Shown here one piece after another: positions 53,097 to 64,000 of a stretch of 64,000 bases of DNA (position 1 is the stretch's first letter; the number at the start of each line of letters is the position of its first letter). Location: contig NMRA01000094.1 in NCBI GenBank assembly GCA_002633005.1, positions 832,597-896,596 on the forward strand, in the 5' to 3' direction. Both the position numbers and the translations under genes were made by a program. The DNA comes from Phoronis australis (lineage: Eukaryota > Animalia > Phoronida). The notes under the pieces are model-generated. The model was not told the origin of the DNA and ran no database searches. It worked only from the letters and a program-made list of their open reading frames with translations.

Positions 53097-53223
53097 GCTT
53101 TGAGACAAATCTAATTTTTAATTTCAAATTTCCTAAAATTTAAGATTTGTCTTAGCTAAGTCAGTTTTGTGGGAACGGGCCCCAGCTGTTCCATACAGAT
53201 GTAAAACAAGTAATAATACTCAA

Positions 53224-56200
53224 GTACTAGTCCACGAGAGCACCAGCCATGAGCGGCAAGGTGGGGGTCAACCGATTTTCACCAAATTTGGCACATAGGT
53301 AGTCCTATGGGATCTATAAACAGCGGTAAAATATTTCTTGAAAATATTGCGTTTTTCTAAAGTTATAGGCTCAAACACATTTTACGGCTTCGCAGCCATG
53401 TTTTCACGGTATAAAAACTGTCCAGTTTTAACTGTTCAGATTTTTCCTTGAATGAAAGCTATTGATTTATTGTTCACTTGGCATTGTTTAGTGGTGCCTG
53501 TAGATTGTTACACAGATGTCTTGAAACACGATTCCGATTTACCACCCTCATTTAGTAGTTTTACTACACTGCCCCCCGTTATGCCATTTTGAGGTTGTGT
53601 TCAGTACACTGCTGTACCAAATCTGCCCCCACTGTTATGAGAATGAAACTTAGCCAAAATGTTGACAAAACATGTTACTTTCATTTCATAAAATAAAAAC
53701 TTTGTCAGCCAGTTTATTAGTTATATATTTTGGCACCTCAAATGTACTAAAATGAGAAATTTTCATATATCTGAGATCGATGCGTGAGCACCGTAAAATC
53801 CGATTGTCCTTTATGTTTTTCGATATTTTGCAACAAGTTAGTTCCTCCTGAATGTTTTGAACGTTTTACTACTGATCACTTAGGGCTATAGTACCCCTAA
53901 ATACCATACATGGCTCCATTTTGTAAAAAGCCGATTATGTCCTCCACAGTGAACAGGGTTAGACATGAACTCGACAAATGTAGGTTATTTTGATTTACAG
54001 TTGTTTTACTTTGCAATTTCCTCATGGGTATTTCTTCACACATATTCAAGTCAGATTTTCTGTTGATCAAATGTTCATGCAATGCATTGTAATATCAAAT
54101 GAAGGGTAAGTTTTGTTGCATGACCGCAATTTTTCCCACGACTTAAAACAAAAGACCGCAGAAATTTTCCTGACGAAATACCGGGTTTGCAGTTCTGTAA
54201 AAACATTCGAATGACAAGACAAACTCCACCACTGTCCATGGCAACTCGTCGCATGTTTTTCGCCCATCGGTCCTATCATTGTTTTCCTTTGTTGTGTCAT
54301 TGTTGGATGTAACAACACAGGTCGCATGGATATAGAACCTTGCGTACATCACACCGTTGCCGATAAGTGCTCGTCATTATATCTTTATTATAACAACGGA
54401 AACAATGAAGATGCTAATCTATTGTTCTCTATGCGACCAGGTTTCCCGTGGATGACCACAGAAGAGGAATCCCAAAGTATCCACAAACAATGACCACGCA
54501 CCTTAGTAACTATTACCGCGCACACGAATCCTTTCCGTGGAACCTAAACACCAAATTTTTATATCCGTGTATTGTGTTGTATTGCTCATGGTACGGGTTC
54601 AGACTCTGTTGTATTAAGATTCCAATCCCCAACCCTGTAATATGTAGTTTGAGTAAAATTTCTAGACAATGCAGGTTTATGGATTTATTCTCCTTCAAAT
54701 GAAGAGTAAAAATCAAATTCTGCACAGGTTTTTTAAAAGTAATCACTTATTGGAAGATCACACATCTAAAAAATAAAACAATGTTTGACAATTTTATTCA
54801 TTATCTTATTTGAAAATTGCCTACCTCACAGACAACTCATCTAAGTTGAAAATATTCCTTGTGAAAAAATATAAAATACCAACCAGAGACTTGTGTACTA
54901 CAAAATATGTTTTCGTAATACAATGCAAAGATAACTGTACAGTCAAAAGTGCAAATGTTATGACTCTAATAAAAAATTGCCTTCTAGATCTTTTCAACAC
55001 TCTAATTGCTACAGGACAGAGTCAACCACACAAAGCTCATAAAGTCAGGGAATTACATTTAAGGTGATGTAGTCTCACTGCGAAAAAGTGATTTCGCAAT
55101 ATCGCTGACAACACTGGAAATCTCTTCTTCACAAACTTGAGGTAGCTGTATTTACCACATCAATGTTCTTATCAAAACTAACCACCACAAAATGAAAAAT
55201 TGGCTTGTCGGTTCCAATTAGGCAGCATTTTACAATGAAATGGTCATGAAAAAATACTTTTGCAACATGGTTTGCATTACAATTGCCCTACGATTACAGT
55301 TGTACATACATACTAGACCAGTAACAAAATTACCCATGGGAACCATAAAATGGTCAATTCGCCAAAAAAACAAGGAGCCACCAGAGCTAATGTGCCAATA
55401 CTTTTCAGTACTGCAACAAAAAATCATTTGAAGTGGACATAAACTCGCCTAAAATCACATAAAACAACTTTTGATTTAGATATTTTACCATCACGAAATA
55501 GGTATTACTTCCAGGTCACTTTTGAGCAATTTCAGAACTTTGAAAGATCTGGCAATATGCAATTGCTAGAGACCAGACTAATAGTGTGCGATTTTATACA
55601 CACAGCATGGTCTCAAGGAATAGCAAACTGTCAATTCGCTACAATTCCAGAAATCACTTCCCATCTGGATAAGGAACAAACTGAGCAAAGTTTATAGAGG
55701 TAAATGGTCTAAATCAAAACTTATTACCTCCTGGACAGAATATGGGTTTACAACCCAGGCAGAAAGATAAGTTAACAAAACCAGCCTAACTGCAACAGGG
55801 TCTCAAATTTCAGTAATATATACCCATTTACAAACAAAAATCTATAATGGTAAATAAAATGCGGAAACATAAATTCAGATCAATTACGCATCTTCAAGGA
55901 AAAGGAATAGTACAGTGGTCAGAAATCATCTAAATGTGATGGCGACACTGAGAAATCCTGTAAGACCAAAAAATCCAGTGGCTAAACAAAATGAACAATG
56001 TACCATTACCATGTGGCCCAGAATCATACTCCGTGCCTGGACAAAAAATTCAGTCTCAGACTAGGTAAATCTTAGATTTGTGCTGTTCACGCAAGCAGTT
56101 CTGGTGCAAACAAAGGTTGCGACAACACACAAGCCTACTTCCCTACACAGCTGTGCTGATACAATAATGCCCCCCCTGGATTTAGCAGATCAGCCAGAGT

Positions 56201-58616
56201 ATTTATAGGTCCAGCCACTGTACTGTATCCTCCCTTTGAATTTTTACAATGCTACATCCTTGACAATCGCAGATTGCCTCTTTCCATGCATACTCCACTT
56301 CCTCTGTCCCAGTTTCCCCACATTTGCTGAAAGTGGCCTATCTCAACAACTTAGTTTGGACCTGTTGTGGTATAAGCCAGTAATCTTTGGCAAATACTTT
56401 TTCCCCAACTCGTTCCTCAAGCTACAAATTCTCTTTGACATATCTTCTGAGAGTAGTCTTTTCGGCCTCTCTCTAGACCCCTCACTTAGTTGTCCAGAAG
56501 GGTACCTTCTTGCTGGTTGTGAACTTTTCCATACCCAACNATCTTTGGCAAAAACTTTTTCCCCAACTCGTTCCTCAAGCTACAAATTCTCTTTGACATA
56601 TCTTCTGGGAGTAGACGTTTCGGCCTCTCTCTAGCCCCCTCAATTAGTCGTCCAGAAGGGTAGCTTCTTGCTGGTTGTGAACTTTTCCATACCCAACCTT
56701 TACTAATAATCGGCAAGTCTCCAACTTCAGCAGAAGCCACTTCTTCAGCATAAGCCTTTCCTGATTCCTAAAATTGTATTAATGGAAAATTAAACATATT
56801 AAATTTAATGTGGCCATTTTGGCTCACAAAATATGAATACCAAGCTAAAGTGAAGACACCAATATTTTTGACGGCTTTAACGTGTTTAATTAACTTCATA
56901 ATCGCAGAAAATCATTAGTAGACAAAACATACTCCCTAGTCTCTAAAAGTAGTTCATGGGCAGAAGTCATGTTACACATTTGGTGGTTGTTATGAAAAGT
57001 TATGATGACTACCTATTTTCTATGCCAATGAATACATGTAGTAGCATAAACGTCAACACATTTGAATAAGATATGATTAAGCAATAAGGCCCAAGTTATA
57101 GGCAATCACGGTGTGTCAATAAAAGTATTTTAGCATGAATGACGTGCTTCTAAAAATATTCCTCAGGGTCAGACCCTGGAGTTTAGTGATTCCTACCTGA
57201 GCTCACACGAACAGGACGTTGAACCTTGACTTAACGTCTTTGGTCGTTTTTCAGACCTCTATCAGATTTCTCCTCTAGTGTGCAGTGGATGTTCTAAGTG
57301 TCTTTGGCGACGCCTCGAGTGTTGTAACGATGATTCGGGCAAGTGAACCTAATACGGTAGATTATGTAGCTCCTGCTGCACACAGTGCCTCCAAAGCAGA
57401 CACTGAGACAGACTACTCAGGAGGACACGTTCCACCTCCACATCAGCTCCACGTACTCTTATAAGGTGCTNGGCAGACACTGAGACAGACTACTCAGGAG
57501 GACACGTTCCACCTCCACATCAGCTCCACGTACTCTTATAAGGTGCTCTCAAATGTCTCGCTCTATACCTTGTGCATTTCCCTAGAGTTTCCAAAGTTGT
57601 TTCTCTCCGCAATTTGTAGAAATACCACATTTGATGCGACTGGCAGTGGCAGATAAATTCGCAAACCCGCACTTTAGGTCAGCCATCATTCAACTAACGC
57701 ATTGTAACGCTTTAGTTTGGTATTCAGACGAATTGGATAAACAAATTTAGTATAATTTCATATTTTATTGGGAAATTCTAGTGTCCTTAAAATTAATTAA
57801 ACATTTAAGCAAACCAATTGTTTTAATAGTTGTATTATACCACGGCATATTAATGCGTAGAAACGGCACACAACTAGTGTCTGGTTTAACATGACAAATA
57901 CACATACGCAGTCTGAAAATAGTGAAATTCAGACACCTATTACCAAGCCTGCCTGAAGGGCTGACAAAGTTTTTATTGTATTAATTTNCACGGTATATTA
58001 ATGCGTAGAAACGGCGCACAACTAGTGACTGGTTTAACATGACAAATACACATACGCGGTCTGACAATACTGAAATTCAGACACCAATTACCAAGCCTGC
58101 CTGAACGGCTGACAAAGTTTTTATTGTATTAATTTCAAGGGCATGGAGTCTTCTACATGTTCATGTTATTATTTTTAGTTTTCTCGTGGGGGCAGCTTCG
58201 CTATAAGGGTACAGCTTACTGCTGGTTTTTCACAAGGCGGAAACGTACCTCCACGGAAACAGTTACAGTGTTACCATGGTAACCGATATTGCAGTGTCGG
58301 TGCCGTTTTTACTGACATTGATCATGAACCTATCATGAGATATCAAAATTGTTCAGAAACGATTCTGTTTGAAGCAGAAACTGGAGTAGAAAGTTTGGTC
58401 AAAAATGACTCATTCCACACCCAGAAATTGCCTCATTTTGCCTCCAGAACACTTCCCTTGTATCTCCTAAACCACCAAACTTTGTGGTGTCATACTTCAC
58501 CCATTATTCTCTCATCCCTAATGTGATTTATCAGACTAAACACGGTTCTGAATGGTTGACCCCCCATCTTGCCGCTTGTTGGCTGTACTGTGGTCGGTGG
58601 ATCCGTGGACTGATAC
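53224..58616 (-). mobile_element. 5.4-kb TTAA-targeting DNA transposon with decayed transposase fragments (Sola3-like, tentative)
   Basis: Imperfect TIRs: left GTACTAGTCCACG..AGCCATGAGCGGCAAGGTGGGGGTCAACC; right (reverse complement) GTATCAGTCCACG..AGCCAACAAGCGGCAAGATGGGGGGTCAACC. Flanks TCAA and TTAA. Minus-strand remnants: MMADLKCGF..RDI*EHL..TCPNHR (about 57690-57300) and KGWVWKSS..PEDMSKRICSLRNELGKK.FAKDYWLIPQQVQ (about 56770-56350). Confidence 0.6.
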
Positions 58617-58620
58617 TTAA

Positions 58621-59082
58621 GTACTAGTTCACGAGAGCACCAGCCATGAGCGGCAAGGCCGGGGTCAGCCGATTTTCAACAAATTTGGCATATAGGTAAT
58701 CCTATGAGATCTATAAACAGCAGTAAAATATTTCCTCAAAATATTACGTTTTTCTAAAGTTATAGGCTCGAACACATTTTACGGCTTCGCAGCCATGTTT
58801 TCACGGTATAATAACTGTCCAGTTTTAACTGTTCATATTTTTCCTTGATTGAAAGCTATTAACAGCTTATTATATAAAATGACTTATTCTTATTAAAATG
58901 ACATAGGCAAAAAATTGAATTTCGGACCTCAAAAGCGAGGCCCCTATATTAATATAGGAGGCCTCGCCGAAAGGAGGCCGGAGAGCGGGGCCCCCTATAT
59001 TAATATTGGGGCCNTGAATGGTTGACCCCCCACCTTGCCGCTTGTTGGCTGTACTGTGGTCGGTGGATCCGTGGACTGATAC
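58621..59082. mobile_element. Second, short tandem copy of the TTAA element ends (contains single-N join)
   Basis: 58621-58860 repeats 53224-53463, and 59015-59086 repeats 58549-58620. One shared TTAA at 58617-58620. Confidence 0.55.
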
Positions 59083-62000
59083 TTAAGAGTAAAGTTTAGT
59101 CTATGCCTAATTAGCCTACTTACTTGGGGACGCTTAGATCAAGACAAACTTACCCGCCACTGTCGCAAGGTGTATCCAGCGCTACGACTGCGCTTATTCC
59201 GAGTCTGCGGCAGCTCGGTGGTTATATTTATCAATGATTTCATACTGATAGAGAAACTTTGGACCTAGCCTACGTAACGAGCACAGGCGCTTGGGTTTAT
59301 CTGTTCCTCGATCGCAAATGACATCACTCACTACTACATACAATGAGATAAATATAAGTATATAACTCATTGACTACATATTTCTTATATATGGTTATGA
59401 GTGATCTGGAAATCCGAGCGCCTGTGGTACGAGTAGCCGGAAAACTCAATTCTCCGCCAGGTGGTGCACGGCACCCTAAGCGTCCTCTGACTGCAATGAG
59501 CAATATTAAACCATAGATTGTTGGTCTACGGCAGCTCGTACACAACATTCAGCTAGGGCGCATAACCAGCTGGGCTATCCCAGTTGATATCGGTGACTAT
59601 TTTAATACTTAAAACTGTCTAGCTCGCGTGTTTAGTTATCATATTACTTAGTCTACTCCAGCCTGATCATAGATACTCGTTATCTGTAGTCTTAAAGTAG
59701 GCCCTAAGTAAGGCGGTGGGTCATTTCGCAATGTCAATGGCTAACATGTAACATGGTTAGACAATGACCATCGTCTCTATCCAGAGTTGCAGAGTAGAGC
59801 CTCTACTGGCTGCGCCAGCAGAGGCGATGGTCATTGCCTAGGTTAGGATATGACATCAGATTTTGATGCCATCAGAATGAAATTTTCTTAGCTGTTCACG
59901 GAGCACCCGATATTCCTCGTGCTTAAACAGTCAATGATTAGTCAGCTGATGATTACATCAGCTGTCACATTACAACTGACTCACTTTGGTGGCCCGAGGC
60001 ACTGACTGGTAGGCTAACTTTCTATCCACATGATGGTGACCTATGGAGTCATTGTTATAACATAGGCCTACAGTGACATAATCACAGGCGTCCTGAGCTT
60101 CTGATCCTCCCCAATACATATATATTGGGGATGATCAGAAGGTGAGGATGCCTGTGGACATAATACTCTTTGGAGAGAGTGTGGTCACTTAAACCAAGAA
60201 GAGGAATGTCTAGACATTGCAAGATCCACTCCAGACCAGGCAGCATTATCAAAAATGCTGTCTGTCCATCTTTGTGTGTTGCAGCAAACATTTCACCCTT
60301 ACTGTTTTGCCTTAGACCCAGATGTCCCACTTTTCAATCCCGTTGTTCTGTTTTTTTGTTCTTGAATGTTGACTGTGACAACTATCCAATGGGTGTTCAA
60401 AATAACATTGTCTCTTTTTATGAATACTGAACATTATTTTCCACCACTTTCACTAGTAACTTAACAATCGTAAAAATGTGCTCCAATCTCTCTTATTTAT
60501 GGTAACATACACTACATGTATCAGAATCACTAACTTTTACTTTCTGAAGAAAAGAGTTTATGGATAGTCGTACACTGCATTCAGTGCTGAGGCAGTTATC
60601 CGCAGTACATTTCAAAGCTGCGTGATAGATGTTTGACCATTTTTATCTGTCAGAAAACCTTTATCTGCAAATATTGGATAGATATTTGGAGTAGTTTATC
60701 GCATTTTTCATGAATGTCACTGCATTTTGAATTTTTACTGAAGAATGTAATTGTATGAAACGGCACCAAAGGTCCAATTTATTATAATATATAAATATGT
60801 ATTGGATGAATGCCTGACTAAATTATCCACATCAGTGTCAGAGATTCATTTTCTAAAACCTTTGTCTTTATAGGGTAGAAATCTTTTGAATCATTGAAAT
60901 TATTTCTGTAATGGCTTAACTGGTCATTTATATAACCTCTCTGGTTCATTTCTTTTTTATGTTACTATTACACACCGTTATTTTTCACATTTTGGTAACA
61001 TTGTTGGTTTTTAGATTTAAAAAATATTTTTAAGCCAGTGTGGTATGGAAAATGATAATTACTTGTCAGTTAAATTATTTATCTTTCGCTTGTGGTATAA
61101 TCATCAAAAACTGACTAAGGCCCGGCTTTCTGATATCGCTTTTATGTAACTTGGTTGAAAAGTGTCGGAGTTGCGAAAAGTTTTAATAACAGTAAATTCA
61201 ATAGCAAGTACACAAACCAGAATAAAGGAATGCAAACAACTGTCAGGCATGCGCGTTGCAACCTCAGTGGTCGCGAGATCAGACATGGCATTCCTGGGGT
61301 TGAGTTCTTACAAGTAAAAAAATCAACTCAACCAAAACTCACTTGTATAGCAGTCACCTGCAAAGGTCAAAGGTTGCCATTCAGGGAAGCCCTAGCATTT
61401 TGGTCAACAATGACAAAGCTCTCCTTAATAGCCAGTCTGAATCTATTTACATCACTGTAAACAATTGTAGGATTAGCGTAATCTTTTACATGGCCTGTTA
61501 CCATAGGATGTTCAATTGTGAATACAGAATTTTAACATCAATTGTGCTGGGCTTTCTACTGTTAAATAAGAATCATTGATGACATTTCATCATTGTGTTA
61601 ATGCCCAGCAGTAATATAGTAGGAAGATGTTATTAGTTTTTTGACATAGTTATTATGACTTTAGGCTGTTTATATAGTATACCACATCTTAACAAATCAA
61701 AGGCATTACAGTTGACAAGGTAGGTGTTGTGTTTGATGATGACACACTGTGATGGTCTTGCATTATTTGTCATGGCTCAGTGACTCGTGCAGTTCAGGCA
61801 TGCACAGGTATTAAAAGGATACGTGGTAAGTTGATGGATGAAAGTGGCCCAGTTAGAACAGCTATAAATCTCTACTAATACCATACTTCATTTAGTGAAA
61901 ACTGGAGATTACAAATTCACCTTTTTGCTAAGTTTGATTATCACACTTAGTGGAAGAATTGTGTACCCTCAACTGACCATCTTGGGATGGTTGACCTCGA

Positions 62001-62817
62001 TAAAGAAATGTGGTCAAATGGGTATGCCATTACTTGGTCGCTTTAAGTAGTTATTACTCAAGAGTTTGTCAATTGTATGTATACTCTTATTCAGTAATTA
62101 GTGAATCATTGCCCAAATGCTCAATGCTCTGGTGTAGATCAGTGGATAGTAAAGTGGTTGACTTTAACTTAATTATTGAATGATAGTCACACATTGGGTA
62201 GTTGTATCAATATAAAGGGTTGTAGTTCTCTCTTCTTCAATTAGTTTTTGGGCTTAAAGTTAATCAAGACCAACGTGACAGGTGTGTATTGTGCCAAATA
62301 TTAGCGAAATAACCGTATCAATAACATGAACAAGTTTCATTGGATATGAATGTTCAGGTTGAAATCTCAGAAATCTGTAACAGTTTTCTAAATAATCATT
62401 TCGTTTTTGTTTTATGCAACTTTTAAAGTCCTATTTTTGATATCCCCTGGTGCAAAAGTGAAACTTTCAATACTAATTCCTTTCAATGTTTTGTAGAACA
62501 GTGCTTGAAGCATAGTGTCTGAAGGTTTCATATGGATCAGATCAGCCATTTGTGAGATATGACATTTCAAAGTTTGCCAAATTTGGTCATTTTTTCTGGG
62601 TCTTACATAACCTTAATTTTGATTGTTTTGATTATTTTATTGTAAAAACAAAATTTTATATTGAAAAATACGAATTGTTTTTGAAAGTCGAGGACAGTTG
62701 TGGACAGAAAGAAATATCAATGTCATTAAGTGTGGACAGTAGATATTAAGTAGAATATAAGCACAAGTTTAGGTATGTTCGATATGCTTGGTATGGTAAA
62801 TCAACTGTAAACTTTAA

Positions 62818-63323
62818 AGTGCCTTTCATACTATCGTCGACGCGTCGATGGTTTGGGGAGTTGTGGTCTGTAGGAACGCTTAACTCCGATCCTGGATCGC
62901 AGTTAACAGCTCCACTTAACATCGCAGTTAACAGGTGGATTTAAGACCGCAGCGTCGACGCTGCGGTGCAGTATGAACGCTTAACTCCGGTCCAATCGAA
63001 GTTATCGCCAAGTGCCACTGTTATTGTCAATAGTTACAAGGTAGTGCCGTCACTATTAGCTGCTTATATTTTGCTCTGATAATAACCAATCGATTTAAAA
63101 ATAAGTTTAATGTCACTTAGCACATGTAAATATTTCCAAATTAAAACATTGAAAAAAATCTTAGTGTGCAACGCTACCTTGCGATAACTTCGATGACGAC
63201 AGCGGCACCAACCGCTTACTTCGATGTTCATTAACTACCGAAGCCAGTATGAACGGTCCAGTTAACTGCGCTATTTACGTCGACGCTCCGTTCAGACTGG
63301 AGTTAAGTCAATATGAAAGGGCC
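62818..63323. mobile_element. TTAA-flanked MITE (Kolobok-like, tentative)
   Basis: TTAA-AGTGCCTTTCATACT ... ATATGAAAGGGCC-TTAA. Internal palindromes (GTCGACGCGTCGA, GCAGCGTCGACGCTGC). CpG-rich relative to flanks. Confidence 0.6.
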
Positions 63324-64000
63324 TTAAAGACTATTTAATGGTAAGACATTACTGACATGCCTGTGTATTGTGCAAAATGTCTACTCAACTGTAGATTTCA
63401 AATTTAGTTCATGAAAGTATACCGGTATATTTTCTGAAAGTGGAAAACCTGAAAAATTTTGATTTTTGTCTTTAGACCAATCTATTGTTGAGTGGGTCAT
63501 GTGACCATGTTTTTTTAGTGAAATTTGCAAACAAGAATGGTACGTTTATAGCAAAATGAGGGTGTCAATAACACAGTCAAATTTTGTTTAATGTACATGT
63601 GCAAGATGATGTTATGTTCGTGGTTTTCTCTAAAATTGAAGATCTCAAAAACGCTGTTACAGTTTTCTAATATATTTTGTATCACTTTATACGTTAATGC
63701 GTTTTATTAAAATCATAAAGTCCCACCTTTAATAGCCCTTCATACAAAAGTGGAACATTATAAATATAAAGTCCTAATAAGAAGAGAATAGTACATCAAG
63801 CACAGTACCTGAAAGTTTCATACAAGTCTGGTATCCATGTCTAAGATATAATGTTCCCAAGTTAGCCAAAGTAGGACACTTTTCTTGGATCCTCCAAACC
63901 TTCAACAAGTTTACTCATCTTTTGCTCAATAACTGTAGTCTGTGTTACTTGCTCGTTTACTATAGTCTGAGTTACTTGCTCAATTTAATGAATGCTTGAC

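Noticed and set aside
56384-56697. Tandem duplications flanking single Ns (also 57395-57548 and 57840-58135)
   Set aside because: Each pair straddles a one-base N join and differs by a few SNPs. Most likely uncollapsed haplotype overlaps from scaffolding.
60082-60430. Short ORFs, including a minus-strand NTHWIVVTVNI segment reminiscent of Ulp1-type proteases
   Set aside because: Too short and interrupted by stops, with no further catalytic motif seen.
61104-61579. ORFs of 60-101 aa as a possible continuation of the MPPKKKRK exon
   Set aside because: Outside the TIR element, with no convincing splice sites or recognisable homology.

Overview
Eukaryotic (animal, probably marine invertebrate) genomic DNA with GT-AG introns, two N-gaps and several single-N joins. 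It holds two convergent spliced genes. The first is the 3' part (9 exons, 485 codons) of a kazrin-like triple-SAM-domain gene on +. The second is a complete 27-coding-exon ABCB1/P-glycoprotein full transporter (1259 aa by my splice reconstruction) on -. Their putative poly(A) signals lie about 70 bp apart. Introns are rich in minisatellites, three of which are tandem copies of exon/donor junctions, and in Helentron-associated (HINE/DINE-1-like) elements. The last 18 kb is a transposon cluster: a LINE remnant, a frameshifted DIRS-type tyrosine recombinase, a 2.7-kb TIR element with a 9-bp TSD carrying a spliced NLS-bearing ORF, a 5.4-kb TTAA-flanked element with transposase remnants, and several MITEs. 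I see no clearly new multi-gene system. The best leads are the junction-derived micro-exon arrays and the unclassified TIR elements. All family assignments come from motif recognition, not database searches.
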